Shown: positions 46,604 to 56,983, numbered from the stretch's first letter. The stretch is DNA of 64,000 bases from a virus (IMGVR_UViG_3300002137_000145:2966-66965), one strand, 5' to 3'. The notes: generated by a model from the sequence alone, not told the origin. A program made the numbers and translations.

Positions 46604-47318
46604 TGAAGGACTTCGTCCTATGGACCTACAAGAAATGGTCCACTCCGTTTTTGAAATTGACAGCTTTAAGTCCAAGATGGGCGAAGACCGAGATGTTTGT
46701 GTTGTAAGTTTCAAAGTTAAAGATCGTAGTCCTGCCAAGGACATGATGGAATTCATTGAGAAAGGATATCCGTTTGTTTTAGATGCTGATATTAGTTCAG
46801 GTGAGGACAACAAAGGTGAATATTCTGTTTTCGTTGAAATGTCTAGGACTCCGCAGTTATCAGAAAACATCAAAGACTTGATGTACGGTGTGACTAAGTT
46901 AACTGGTATCGAGGGTTTCAAATTTAAATATTATAAAGAGTCTCAAGTACACGAAGCAACAGGTGAAAATCTTTCACAACATATTCCTTCCACAGCCAAT
47001 GCTTACGATGGATTTGTTAATAAAATGAAAGTTGAAAGTGTTAAATCATTTTTCAATAAAACATTAATGGACAGTCTAAGTCTAGATAACGATATTATTA
47101 CTATTCACAAACCGTTTGACAAACAAGTTAAGCTGCGGTGGCTAAGTGAGCAGGATCCTCAGGCAGTGGTAGAAGGTGCCATGGACTTAGACGAAACAGC
47201 TACCGCTGAAATGTTTTGGTTAACTAAAGTATTAGGTGACTACAACATTAGCAAGTTTGGAAATAAGTTTCTATTCACAAACGGTGATAGAGCTATGTTA
47301 TTACAAAGGACAGAATAA
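46581..47318 (+). CDS. hypothetical late protein
   Basis: MQNNQQLDEGLR...IDSFKSKMG...FIEKGY.FVLDAD. Confidence 0.75.
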   Translation: MQNNQQLDEGLRPMDLQEMVHSVFEIDSFKSKMGEDRDVCVVSFKVKDRSPAKDMMEFIEKGYPFVLDADISSGEDNKGEYSVFVEMSRTPQLSENIKDLMYGVTKLTGIEGFKFKYYKESQVHEATGENLSQHIPSTANAYDGFVNKMKVESVKSFFNKTLMDSLSLDNDIITIHKPFDKQVKLRWLSEQDPQAVVEGAMDLDETATAEMFWLTKVLGDYNISKFGNKFLFTNGDRAMLLQRTE

Positions 47319-48166
47319 TGAGTGCAGAACATTTTAAATTTACATTCACAAAAGACCAAATCAGAGATCTAATCAAAACAGAATCAGATGCTTGGTATGA
47401 AGCAATGTGTGAGGTGTTGCCACTGTGGCAAATTGATACACCTGCTCGTGTTGCAGGATTCATCGCACAATGCGGCCACGAAAGTGCTGGGTTTAAAGTT
47501 TTAACAGAAAACTTAAATTATAGTGCTGACGGGTTAAACAAAATATTTCCAAAGTATTTTGTTAAAGCAGGGCGTGATGCTCAAGCATACAATCGTCAAC
47601 CAGAAAAGATTGCCAATGTAGTTTATGCAGGACGCATGGACAACGGTGATGAAGCAAGTGGTGATGGTTGGAGATTCCGTGGCGGCGGCTTGATCCAATT
47701 AACTGGTCGTCACAACTATACAAAATTCGCTGCTGCTATGAAGATGAACTTAGAAGAAGCCTGTGAATATGTTCGTACTAAGAAAGGCGCACTTGACAGT
47801 GCTTGCTGGTTCTGGGACGAGAACAATATCAATCAGTACTGCGATAGTGGCGACATTATTACTATGACCAAGCGTATCAATGGTGGTACTATTGGATTAG
47901 AAGATCGTAAGCAACATTGGGAACATGCTCTGCATGTGTTTGATCCTCATTGGACTGCGCCTGCAGAACCTGCATTAGTTTTAGAAACTGTTCGTAAAGG
48001 ATCTAAGGGCCCCGTAGTAAAAAAGATGCAAGAGGCTTTGGGCTTGAACGCAGATGGAGATTTTGGTCCTGGAACCGAAAAAGCACTGATGGCGTGGCAA
48101 ACAGCACAAGGCCTAACAGCCGATGGTATAGCTGGTCCAAAGACTCTGGGAAAACTACTAGGATAA
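47318..48166 (+). CDS. endolysin, GH19 muramidase with C-terminal peptidoglycan-binding domain
   Basis: AQCGHES, FRGGGLIQLTGR, INGGTIGLEDR; LRxGSKG-like start, DGDFGPGT, DGIAGPKT. Confidence 0.92.
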   Translation: MSAEHFKFTFTKDQIRDLIKTESDAWYEAMCEVLPLWQIDTPARVAGFIAQCGHESAGFKVLTENLNYSADGLNKIFPKYFVKAGRDAQAYNRQPEKIANVVYAGRMDNGDEASGDGWRFRGGGLIQLTGRHNYTKFAAAMKMNLEEACEYVRTKKGALDSACWFWDENNINQYCDSGDIITMTKRINGGTIGLEDRKQHWEHALHVFDPHWTAPAEPALVLETVRKGSKGPVVKKMQEALGLNADGDFGPGTEKALMAWQTAQGLTADGIAGPKTLGKLLG

Positions 48167-48168
48167 CA

Positions 48169-48591
48169 ATGTTTAGCTCTATTAAAATCGCATTGGCGTT
48201 ATTTGTTCTTGCATCTGCAGGAGCAGGATATATGTATGTAAAAAAGATTGAGGGTGACTTACAGACTGCAAGAGAAAACGTTGCTAAGATGGAAGTTGCT
48301 ATACAAGTTAGCGAAGCAAGTATTAAGATGATGGAAACAGATATCAAGCGTACAAGCGAGCTTAACATGCAGTTGCAAGGCGATTTACAGAAAGCAGAGA
48401 AGTATGGGGATGAACTTCGTGCTACTCTACAGAAGCACAACCTAACTATGCTGGCTCTAAAAAAGCCTGCTATGATCGAACAAAGGATGCAAGATGCAAC
48501 TACTAAGATTTGGGCTGACATCACTACTGATACTGACCCTAGCAGGGTGCAGTCTCCTGCGCCCGGAAGCAAAAGTAATAACGGTAACTAA
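48169..48591 (+). CDS. inner-membrane spanin (Rz-like)
   Basis: N-terminal TM plus coiled coil; follows the endolysin; overlaps a lipoprotein gene. Confidence 0.75.
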   Translation: MFSSIKIALALFVLASAGAGYMYVKKIEGDLQTARENVAKMEVAIQVSEASIKMMETDIKRTSELNMQLQGDLQKAEKYGDELRATLQKHNLTMLALKKPAMIEQRMQDATTKIWADITTDTDPSRVQSPAPGSKSNNGN

Positions 48592-48871
48592 TACTGTAAA
48601 AACTACAGTGCCTCCGGCTGCAAGGCCTAAGCCTGTACAGATGAACAATATTAAAATCTATGTTGTTAATAAAGACAACTATGATCTGTTCGTTGAAGAA
48701 TTCACTAAGAAAAATGGTGAACTAGTATATATTGCTATTAGTGTTAAAGACTATGAAAATTTATCGTTAAACATAGCAGAGCTAAGAAGATATCTTAATC
48801 AACAAAAAGAAATAATTGTTTATTACGAAGAAGCAACTAAAGCAGAAGACATAAAACCAATATCTAAATAA
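48494..48871 (+). CDS. outer-membrane spanin lipoprotein (Rz1-like)
   Basis: Lipobox LTLAGC; overlaps the Rz-like gene. Confidence 0.8.
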   Translation: MQLLRFGLTSLLILTLAGCSLLRPEAKVITVTNTVKTTVPPAARPKPVQMNNIKIYVVNKDNYDLFVEEFTKKNGELVYIAISVKDYENLSLNIAELRRYLNQQKEIIVYYEEATKAEDIKPISK

Positions 48872-48899
48872 ATATTTAAGTTAGCATAGGAGCGAAGTT

Positions 48900-49307
48900 A
48901 TGCCTAGATTAGATCCTTCAGATTTACAAAGTCCAACACCGGTAGCTGCACCTGCGGCGGCGGCCTCTCCTGTAGCAACATCGCAAACAGGAGCGTTATC
49001 ACAAATGAGCATTCAAATACCAGAAACCCCAACAGCAGGCGATAGTCCGTTAAACTCGTCAGCTGTAATGAAAGACGTCGAAGGCAACCCATTTAAAAAA
49101 TGGATTTATCTAGCAGCAGCAGTTGATAGCTGGAGGATTTGGCCAAGGGCATTTATGAGTATATACATTATTTTAGTATACAAAGTTGTGACTTGGTTTA
49201 TGACTGTACCAACACCTAATCTAGAACAATCTGGATTAGTATCAATTATTGTTGGTGCTGGTGCAGCATGGTTTGGTTTATACTTAGGTAGTTCACCAAG
49301 AAAATAA
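48900..49307 (+). CDS. putative holin
   Basis: DSWRIWPR plus two TM helices; lies in the lysis cassette. Confidence 0.6.
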   Translation: MPRLDPSDLQSPTPVAAPAAAASPVATSQTGALSQMSIQIPETPTAGDSPLNSSAVMKDVEGNPFKKWIYLAAAVDSWRIWPRAFMSIYIILVYKVVTWFMTVPTPNLEQSGLVSIIVGAGAAWFGLYLGSSPRK

Positions 49308-49339
49308 AAATTTTTACTGAGTTAAAAATAAACTTAAAT

Positions 49340-49369
49340 AAAAGGACTGCTTGACACAGTCCTTTTTTT
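49340..49369 (+). terminator. intrinsic terminator whose loop holds the -35 box of the next promoter
   Basis: AAAAGGACTG-CTTGACA-CAGTCCTTTTTTT. Confidence 0.85.
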
Positions 49370-49379
49370 ATTGTATAAT
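49351..49379 (+). promoter_or_regulatory. consensus sigma70 promoter for dnaJ-def-clpA
   Basis: TTGACA-17 bp-TATAAT; ATG follows after 6 nt. Confidence 0.8.
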
Positions 49380-49385
49380 GATACT

Positions 49386-50225
49386 ATGGATTATTACTCT
49401 ACACTCGGATTAACACGTGGCGCATCAGACGCCGATATCAAGAAAGCATATCGCACTATGGCGATGAAGCATCATCCCGACAGGGGTGGTGATGAACAAA
49501 AATTTAAAGAAATTGCAACGGCATACGAAGCATTAACTGATCCCCAGAAAAGACATATCATTGATATGGGTGGTGATCCTAATGCACAACCCGGTCGAAA
49601 CAATCCCAATCAAGGCAATCCATTTGAATTTCACTTTGGCACAGGTAATATGGAAGACATATTCAACAACTTTGGCTTTAGTGGGTTCAATCGAAATCTT
49701 CGTAAGAATAAATCATTGAATATTTCTGTAGAAATTACTCTAGAAGAAGTATTAACTGGCAAAGACATTGCAGCAGAGCTAGGGCTTCCGACCGGTAGGA
49801 AGAAGATGATTAATATTCAAATACCCCCGGGTATAGAACACGGTCAACAAATTCGATATGAAGGTATGGGAGATAATGCAATACCTAATCTGATGCCAGG
49901 AGATCTTATAGTTAATGTGAATGTGCTTCCTCATAGATCTTTTAAAAGAGAGGGCACGTCATTAACTATCGATAAAGAAATCAATGCATGGGATGCTATT
50001 CTCGGAACATCCATAGAGATAAAAACACTGGGCGGAAAATCACTGTCGGTTAACTTACCGCAAGGCACACAGCCTGATACTACATTTAGAATACCAGACG
50101 AAGGATTGCCAGATATGAGAACTAGACGAAGAGGTAATCTTCTTATTAAAATTAAAGTTAAAATCCCGAAAGATTTAACTCAAGCACAGTTAGAAAAAAT
50201 TCAACAGGTGCAACATGGAATTTAA
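49386..50225 (+). CDS. DnaJ/CbpA-type co-chaperone lacking the Zn finger
   Basis: DYYSTLG, HPD, G/F region, C-terminal DnaJ domains. Confidence 0.92.
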   Translation: MDYYSTLGLTRGASDADIKKAYRTMAMKHHPDRGGDEQKFKEIATAYEALTDPQKRHIIDMGGDPNAQPGRNNPNQGNPFEFHFGTGNMEDIFNNFGFSGFNRNLRKNKSLNISVEITLEEVLTGKDIAAELGLPTGRKKMINIQIPPGIEHGQQIRYEGMGDNAIPNLMPGDLIVNVNVLPHRSFKREGTSLTIDKEINAWDAILGTSIEIKTLGGKSLSVNLPQGTQPDTTFRIPDEGLPDMRTRRRGNLLIKIKVKIPKDLTQAQLEKIQQVQHGI

Positions 50226-50709
50226 ACTAGGACCGCACAATTCTTTAGTAGAACAAAGTACTCCTTGGGACTTTGCAAGTGATATCGGTGCAAAAGATCT
50301 AGAAAAACAAATGTGTTCTTTTATGATCGAAGCAAAAGGCATAGGGCTTGCTGCTAATCAATTAGGATTAACTAAGCAAGTATTCGTTATGGGCAGCTAT
50401 AGTATAGCGGGCTTTCCAGAACCGTTCGCCTTGTTTAATCCTAAGATACTAGAAGCAAGCAAAGAAGAAGTTCTAGACGAAGAAGGTTGTCTTAGCTATC
50501 CGGGATTGTTTTTAAAAGTAAAACGTCCTAGCTGGATAATTGTAGAATATCAAAACAGCAACGGTGATACTATCGAAGCCAAGTTTGATGGATACTTAGC
50601 AAAGTGCTTTCAGCATGAGTTAGATCACCTAAACGGCATCTGCTTTGTTGACAAAGTAGGTCAAGTGAAGTTAAAATTAGCTATGAAGAAACTTAGGAAA
50701 AACAAATAA
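50215..50709 (+). CDS. def: peptide deformylase
   Basis: GIGLAANQ, EGCLS, QHELDHLNG. Confidence 0.95.
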   Translation: MEFKLGPHNSLVEQSTPWDFASDIGAKDLEKQMCSFMIEAKGIGLAANQLGLTKQVFVMGSYSIAGFPEPFALFNPKILEASKEEVLDEEGCLSYPGLFLKVKRPSWIIVEYQNSNGDTIEAKFDGYLAKCFQHELDHLNGICFVDKVGQVKLKLAMKKLRKNK

Positions 50710-50710
50710 T

Positions 50711-53080
50711 ATGATCGAACCAAGCAAAGATTTACAAGAAATATTTGAAGGTGCAGTAGAGCATTCTAAAGCACTTGACCACGAATACATTACTATCGAG
50801 CATATCGTCTTCGGCATTTTGAGTGACAAGAATTCCTTTGAACTTCTAAAGTCATACGGGGCAGATGCTGTTTTTATTAAAACAAATTTAGAGCATTATC
50901 TAAAAAACAATCTCAATGACATTAAAACTAGTAATCCTAATGTCAAACCTAAAAAGACTAACAGTGTTGAGCGTGTGCTTAACCGTTGCTTTACGCAGGT
51001 ATTGTTCAGTGGACGGCAGCGTATGGAAGTTGCTGATGTTATTATCAGCGTACTCAGTGAAAAAAATAGTTTCGCTTACTATTTCCTTACCAAGGGAGGA
51101 GTGACAAAAGAAAAGTTTGTTAAGTATTTCCAAGAAAATGTAATGCCGCAGCCCGAAGAAGAAGAAGATCATCAAGTGTCAGAAAACCGAGTAGCTAATG
51201 TAAGTCAAGCCGATAGGATTTTAAATCAGTTCTGCACAAATCTTTCATTGAAAGCCAAGCAGCGTAAAATTGATCCGGTTATTGGACGTGAAGAAGAAAT
51301 TGAAAAAATTCAGCTAGTTCTTGCTCGTCGAAATAAGAGCAATGTATTAATGGTAGGTGATCCAGGTGTTGGTAAAACTGCTATTGCTGAAGGTATTGCA
51401 CTTAAGATTCTTAATAAAAAAGTACCTAAGTTTATCCAAGACCACCAAGTATACACACTTGATATTAGTTCGTTGCTAGCAGGTTCTAAATATCGCGGTG
51501 ACTTTGAAGAACGTGTTAAGGGTGTACTTGCTGCACTTGAGCGTAAGGGCAATATTATTTTGTTTATCGACGAAGCACACATGATGAATGGTGCAGGCGC
51601 AGGCGGTGGTAATAGTTCAAACGATATGGCTAATATGTTAAAGCCTATCCTTACCAAGGGTGTTATTAAACTAATTGCATCAACTACTTGGGAAGAATAT
51701 CGCAAGCACTTTGAAAGTGATCGTGCATTAATGCGTCGATTCCAGCGTGTTAACATCGACGAGCCTAGTGCAGAAATGACTGTTAAGATTCTCAAAGGTC
51801 TTAAGAAGCATTATGAACAACATCACAATGTTAAGATCAGCGATGCTGCTATCGAACAAGCAGTTAAGTTGTCTATTAAGTATATGGCTGACAAGAAACT
51901 TCCAGACAAAGCTATTGACATCATAGACTGTGCTTCTGCAAGATACAAGTTGAAAGACGATGTAGAGATGGAAGGCGTAGAACAAATTGTTGACATCGAA
52001 CAAGTCACTTACGAACTTAGTAAGATGATTAACATGCCTTTGGAAACTGTAGCTCAAAAAGAAAGCAAAAATCTTGCTTCATTAGAGAAACAAATGAAAG
52101 GAGTTGTGTACGGACAAGATACTGCTGTAGAAACATTACTTGATAAAATCTTTGTTGCACAAGCAGGTATGAAATCACCTAACAAGCCTATCGGTAGCTT
52201 CCTATTATCTGGCCCAACTGGAACAGGTAAAACAGAAACTGCTAAAACTCTAGCAGAAAAGATGGGCATGGAGTTAATACGATTTGATATGGGCGAGTAT
52301 CAAGAAAAGCACAGCGTTTCACGTTTGATTGGTGCTCCTCCTGGATATGTCGGCTACGAAGACAATGCAGGTATGTTGATCACTAAGCTGCAAGAACATC
52401 CTAATGCTGTACTATTGCTTGACGAAGTTGAGAAAGCACACCCAGATGTTATGAATATCCTATTAGCATTTATGGACAATGGCTTTGTCACTGGTTCAAA
52501 CGGAAAACAAGCAGACGGAAGAAACTGTATTCTGCTTATGACATCAAACCTAGGTGCCCGTGATAACGAGAATAACAATATCGGATTTGGTGAAATGGAG
52601 AGAGACGGAGAAGATGACAAAGCAGTTAAGAAGTTCTTTGCTCCAGAATTCCGTAATCGCTTAGATGCTGTTATCAAGTTTACTAAACTAGGCACTGAAG
52701 TTATACATCAGATTGTTAGAAAGTTTGTAGGCGAACTTAATACTCAGCTTAAAGACAAAGGCATTGAAATCGTTCTTACAGACGCATCTACTAAGTGGTT
52801 AGCAGACAAGGGCTATGATAAAAAGATGGGTGCTCGTCCGCTAGCACGGTTGATTGACAATGAAGTTAAAAGTCCGTTAAGCCGTAGAGTATTGTTTGGT
52901 GATCTTATCGAAGGTGGGCGTGTGACCATCGATATTGTTGAAGGTAAACTCGACTTTATAATTTCTGAAATTCCTAAGCCATTAACTAAAGAAGAGAAAA
53001 AAGCAATGAAAGCTCAGAGAGCGTTAGATGCTGCACAGTCCAAGGAACAAGATGTTATCAACGAAAACCAAGACAACTAA
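50711..53080 (+). CDS. clpA: ATP-dependent Clp protease ATP-binding subunit (ClpA-like)
   Basis: Clp N-domain; Walker A GDPGVGKT and GPTGTGKT; GSKYRGDFEER; GAPPGYVG; IGF loop; no ClpB middle domain. Confidence 0.92.
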   Translation: MIEPSKDLQEIFEGAVEHSKALDHEYITIEHIVFGILSDKNSFELLKSYGADAVFIKTNLEHYLKNNLNDIKTSNPNVKPKKTNSVERVLNRCFTQVLFSGRQRMEVADVIISVLSEKNSFAYYFLTKGGVTKEKFVKYFQENVMPQPEEEEDHQVSENRVANVSQADRILNQFCTNLSLKAKQRKIDPVIGREEEIEKIQLVLARRNKSNVLMVGDPGVGKTAIAEGIALKILNKKVPKFIQDHQVYTLDISSLLAGSKYRGDFEERVKGVLAALERKGNIILFIDEAHMMNGAGAGGGNSSNDMANMLKPILTKGVIKLIASTTWEEYRKHFESDRALMRRFQRVNIDEPSAEMTVKILKGLKKHYEQHHNVKISDAAIEQAVKLSIKYMADKKLPDKAIDIIDCASARYKLKDDVEMEGVEQIVDIEQVTYELSKMINMPLETVAQKESKNLASLEKQMKGVVYGQDTAVETLLDKIFVAQAGMKSPNKPIGSFLLSGPTGTGKTETAKTLAEKMGMELIRFDMGEYQEKHSVSRLIGAPPGYVGYEDNAGMLITKLQEHPNAVLLLDEVEKAHPDVMNILLAFMDNGFVTGSNGKQADGRNCILLMTSNLGARDNENNNIGFGEMERDGEDDKAVKKFFAPEFRNRLDAVIKFTKLGTEVIHQIVRKFVGELNTQLKDKGIEIVLTDASTKWLADKGYDKKMGARPLARLIDNEVKSPLSRRVLFGDLIEGGRVTIDIVEGKLDFIISEIPKPLTKEEKKAMKAQRALDAAQSKEQDVINENQDN

Positions 53081-53717
53081 TAAGAAGTTCTACAATAAGT
53101 GGCTTTATAAGACTACTCTACAAGTTAGTGGTGCTGGTATCTTTAGAATGGCGGCGTTAGGAGACATAAAACTATTATGTAATCTTACAGAGGCGCCCTT
53201 ACATGCGTTTCGTCAATCAGTATGGCATAATAAAGAGTTGATAGACAACATCTGCAACTTTTTATTGCCATACAACAAAAGCGACTACGCTACTAGGATA
53301 GAAAGTAGACAGATCGACTATTATACAAACGATAAATTGTTCTATGATGCTATATCTGAAAAATTTGAATCGTATGTTGTTCATAGATTCGAACCAGGTG
53401 CAAACATCGACTTGTTAGATGCATCTACTATTATGGTTAAAAAGCTACCTAAGAATCAGTATCAGTACAGAGCTTATCTCCTTCCACATAAAATGGCAGG
53501 AGATAAAGAGGCTAAACAAAAGTATCTCGATTGGATCAAGTCGCAATCTACTAGAATTACCTGTACTGAGTCGTTGCAGTCATGGTTTATGCACACTGAC
53601 TGGAATTGGGATAGAAGATATGTATTGGTGCAAGATGAAGCAACATTGCTTATGCTAAAGTTGCGTGATTCAACAGTTTTAGGGCGGATATACAAGTTTG
53701 TAGTTTCCGATAAATAA
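53052..53717 (+). CDS. hypothetical protein
   Basis: KKFYNKWLYK N-terminus; SD AAGGA. Confidence 0.7.
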   Translation: MLSTKTKTTNKKFYNKWLYKTTLQVSGAGIFRMAALGDIKLLCNLTEAPLHAFRQSVWHNKELIDNICNFLLPYNKSDYATRIESRQIDYYTNDKLFYDAISEKFESYVVHRFEPGANIDLLDASTIMVKKLPKNQYQYRAYLLPHKMAGDKEAKQKYLDWIKSQSTRITCTESLQSWFMHTDWNWDRRYVLVQDEATLLMLKLRDSTVLGRIYKFVVSDK

Positions 53718-53721
53718 TAAT

Positions 53722-54096
53722 ATGGGCTTCGAAACATTAAAATTATTAGAAAATATCACTGTATCGTCTGCATACGGTAGAGACTATCAAGCTGGGTCTG
53801 ACGCAGACACTGTATTTTACTCCGATAAAAACAGAGGAGCAGGATATTATAAAAACGGCGATGGTATACACACCTTGTTATTCCACGCAGAAGGCTTGCT
53901 AGGAACTATCACTATACAAGCTACACTAGAACTTTATCCGGGTGACAGTGACTGGGTTGACGTACATACAGAAACATTTGATGTAGATAGCTCAAACTCC
54001 AGCAGAAGCACAACAATCACAGGCAAGTTTGTGTTTATACGTGCTGCATACCACATCGAAGACGGTGAAATCATCAGTGTCCGTTATAATTCCTAA
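53722..54096 (+). CDS. hypothetical late (structural?) protein
   Basis: TAAATA 5 nt upstream; GYY..GDG.HT...ITGKFVFIRA. Confidence 0.7.
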   Translation: MGFETLKLLENITVSSAYGRDYQAGSDADTVFYSDKNRGAGYYKNGDGIHTLLFHAEGLLGTITIQATLELYPGDSDWVDVHTETFDVDSSNSSRSTTITGKFVFIRAAYHIEDGEIISVRYNS

Positions 54097-54141
54097 GTTG
54101 CGTTAAACGATAAATATAGTATCAACTTATGGAAGATACGT

Positions 54142-54972
54142 ATGAGAGATATTTTATCAAAATTAGATGCTATCGTTAGCGAAACTGCACTAACAGACAA
54201 CGACACCATACAAGCAAAGCGCAACACTGATTTAGAACAGTTTGAAATCGGTGACGAGTTTGGCATCAGCTTTTCAGAAGATCACGAAATTGCCACTACT
54301 ATTGTAGACATGCTGGAAGACGGCATTGTTATCGAACTAGACGATCATGCTTTAGAAATGTTAACCAACGAAGGCCTACAGTTTTTAGAAGGCGAACTAG
54401 TAGAAGGCGTTGCCGGTCCACAAAAATGTTGGAAGGGCTACAGAAAAACTGGAACACAAGCAGGAACTGGTAAAAACGCAGGGAAGCGTGTAAACGACTG
54501 CGAAAAAATTGGGGAAGGTTCTAATCCTGAATACGACGACGAAGCAGGAATGGCTGACAATAACCTAGAAACGATGAAACGTGCTGTTCAAGGTATCGAC
54601 AACATCATTCATGCAGGCGATAATCTCCCAGAATGGGTCCAAGAAAAGATTGCAGTCGCAAAATCCATGCTAGTCACCGTTTGGGATTACATGGCTTCTG
54701 AAGAATCTAGAAACAACGAAAGCATTAAAACAGAAGCTGAGTATCAAGGACGCAAGGTACAACTAGGCAAAAAAATGGCAGGCGATGTTAAAAAATCAAA
54801 AGTATATGTAAAGAATCCACAGGGCAATGTGGTCAAAGTAAATTTTGGCGACAAGAAGATGCGCATTAAAAAATCCAATCCAGCACGTAGAAAGAGTTTC
54901 CGTGCCAGACATAACTGCTCTAATCCAGGGCCAAGACATAAAGCAAGATATTGGTCTTGTAGGAGCTGGTAA
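54142..54972 (+). CDS. modular probable internal head protein
   Basis: Modules KCWKGY..G, LPEWVQEKIAVA, and basic AEYQGRKVQLGK...RKSFRARHNC...YWSC, separated by xxE-G/A sites. Confidence 0.7.
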   Translation: MRDILSKLDAIVSETALTDNDTIQAKRNTDLEQFEIGDEFGISFSEDHEIATTIVDMLEDGIVIELDDHALEMLTNEGLQFLEGELVEGVAGPQKCWKGYRKTGTQAGTGKNAGKRVNDCEKIGEGSNPEYDDEAGMADNNLETMKRAVQGIDNIIHAGDNLPEWVQEKIAVAKSMLVTVWDYMASEESRNNESIKTEAEYQGRKVQLGKKMAGDVKKSKVYVKNPQGNVVKVNFGDKKMRIKKSNPARRKSFRARHNCSNPGPRHKARYWSCRSW

Positions 54973-55307
54973 TGCTATTACGTGAAATGTTTTCGCCTAT
55001 TGGCGCACCTAAAGATGAGACCGAAGAAATAAACTGGCTCGACGATTTAAAGTTTTATATCGACAACGATGATAAAATGTTAAATCGATATTTCTTTCCA
55101 GCAGTAAAGCGACATAAAGAACACAAGGGAAATCCCAATGCATTCAAGGTTTATATTAGACCTATCGAACATTGCCTAGATCATTACTGTCAAAAATATG
55201 ACATTGACGACCGTGAAAAAAAGTTTCCTAAAGAAAAACTAATAGACCTTGCTAGGCACTTCGCTGAAGATCAAGAAAAGTTTATTGGTAAAGGCGATTA
55301 CGAATAA
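54972..55307 (+). CDS. hypothetical protein, probable internal head protein
   Basis: N-terminus MLLREMF. Confidence 0.7.
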   Translation: MLLREMFSPIGAPKDETEEINWLDDLKFYIDNDDKMLNRYFFPAVKRHKEHKGNPNAFKVYIRPIEHCLDHYCQKYDIDDREKKFPKEKLIDLARHFAEDQEKFIGKGDYE

Positions 55308-56983
55308 TGCTGTTAAGAGAACTATTTGAAGGTGGCAGCAAGCATGTCACATTTTGCTTTGGTAGATTTAATCCACCAACACTAGGTCACGACCAGGTTT
55401 TCAAAACTATGAAAAGCCAAGGTGGTGAGATGCGAATCTTCACCAGCATGAGCCAAGATAAGAAAAAGAATCCATTAGATTATCCTACTAAAGTAAACTT
55501 TTTAAGAAAACTATTTCCACAGTATGCAGAGAGTATTGTTCAAGACACTAGTCTCAACACTATTGTAAAAGTTGCTACCTATCTTTATGAGCGTGGCTAC
55601 AGAGATGCTACGTTTGTAGCGGGTAGCGATCGCATAGACGATATGAGTAAGCTATTAAAAGATTATAATGGTGTGGAAGGCAAGAGTCACGGATACTATA
55701 AGTTTGATGTACTAGACTTTAAGTCAAGTGGTGAAAGAGAAGACGGGGCTGAAGGCGTTGCTGGTATTAGTGGAACTCTTGCTAGAGAAGATGCTGCTAA
55801 CAACGACTTGAAAAAATTTGCAGAACATACAGGTGCAGGCGAGTTAGCTAAACCGTTGTTTGACGCTGTACGCAAAGGATTGGGTATTAGCGACAGCGTA
55901 GAGGAAAATACTATGAGAGCTAAAGAATTTGAAGTTAAGCCAAGAAACTTTGTGGCAAAGAACGCTAAGATGGGCGGCGCTGGCGCACATAGAGATAAAA
56001 AGAAGGCAGAGAAGCAAGGTGACCTTAAGCATAAAGCTAAACAGATTCCTATGGAAGGCATTAGTTTAGATGAAGCATACATTAACACTAGCAATGATGC
56101 TGTTGAAGTGTTAGCTAATCTACGTAAGATTGGTAAGTCGATCGAACGAGGCCAAGGCAGTTATAAAGGCAACTTAGCAAACGAATATGCTAACGATGTT
56201 TGGGACGTATACAGTTTTATTGAAGCAAGGACTAAAGGCTTTAGAGACGTTGACAAAAATGCAATGGCTGCAATTGATGCAATGATGGACCTACGTAAAG
56301 AAGCAAAAGGCATGGAAATGACCCCAGGTTCAGGTAGTAATGCAAGATTCGGAAATCAAATTGCAACTGTGTTATACTCCGTAATGGAGTATCTATATAA
56401 AACTAAGTTTGATAGAACTAAAGAAGAAAGTATAGCAGAAGGCCCCAACGACGGAAAAGAAGATAACTTTACAATTGATGATATTAAAAAATTAGAAAGA
56501 ATTCGAGATCTTGAAACACTTAAGGCACAGGCTAAAGAATTGGTCAAGGGCAAGCCTGCTCGTAGAATGAAGGCGGAAAAAATTAGATGGTTCTACAATC
56601 ATATTGATACTCTTAAAAACCCGTCAGCCGTTATTAGAATGATGTATGACTTGATGCTTGCAGGCGAAGGACATAAAGTTATTGGAAGCAGAAACAGTAC
56701 ATCCTCTAATTCTTATCGAACAAGATTTGGAGAGCAAGGTGTGGCGGAAAGAGTAAGAGATCCAGAAGATTGGGACGAAGGTAATACTGAGCCAGGTAAT
56801 AATTTTGCAGTATACATTAATGGTAAGAAATGGAAAGTACTTCCAGGGCCAGCAGGTGCATATGCAGATAGTCCGGAAGAGCGTAGAGAGTTTGCTAGAT
56901 TGCAAGCTATGGCGCAACGTAAGTCTCAAGAGTCTGGCAAGAAGTGGGAAGTACATATTACTGGTGAACCGGCAACAAAATGA
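55307..56983 (+). CDS. cytidylyl/nucleotidyltransferase-like domain fused to several small modules
   Basis: FGRFNPPTLGH (HIGH-like), NPL, VAGSDR, ISGT; N-terminus MLLRELFE. Confidence 0.75.
   Translation: MLLRELFEGGSKHVTFCFGRFNPPTLGHDQVFKTMKSQGGEMRIFTSMSQDKKKNPLDYPTKVNFLRKLFPQYAESIVQDTSLNTIVKVATYLYERGYRDATFVAGSDRIDDMSKLLKDYNGVEGKSHGYYKFDVLDFKSSGEREDGAEGVAGISGTLAREDAANNDLKKFAEHTGAGELAKPLFDAVRKGLGISDSVEENTMRAKEFEVKPRNFVAKNAKMGGAGAHRDKKKAEKQGDLKHKAKQIPMEGISLDEAYINTSNDAVEVLANLRKIGKSIERGQGSYKGNLANEYANDVWDVYSFIEARTKGFRDVDKNAMAAIDAMMDLRKEAKGMEMTPGSGSNARFGNQIATVLYSVMEYLYKTKFDRTKEESIAEGPNDGKEDNFTIDDIKKLERIRDLETLKAQAKELVKGKPARRMKAEKIRWFYNHIDTLKNPSAVIRMMYDLMLAGEGHKVIGSRNSTSSNSYRTRFGEQGVAERVRDPEDWDEGNTEPGNNFAVYINGKKWKVLPGPAGAYADSPEERREFARLQAMAQRKSQESGKKWEVHITGEPATK

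Noticed and set aside
10778-53080. Bacterial chromosome origin suggested by housekeeping-like genes (kdsA, kdsB, clpA, dnaJ, def, sod, erpA)
   Set aside because: They are interleaved with phage structural, lysis and T4-like replication genes and late promoters, and lack bacterial operon context, so they are best read as phage auxiliary genes.
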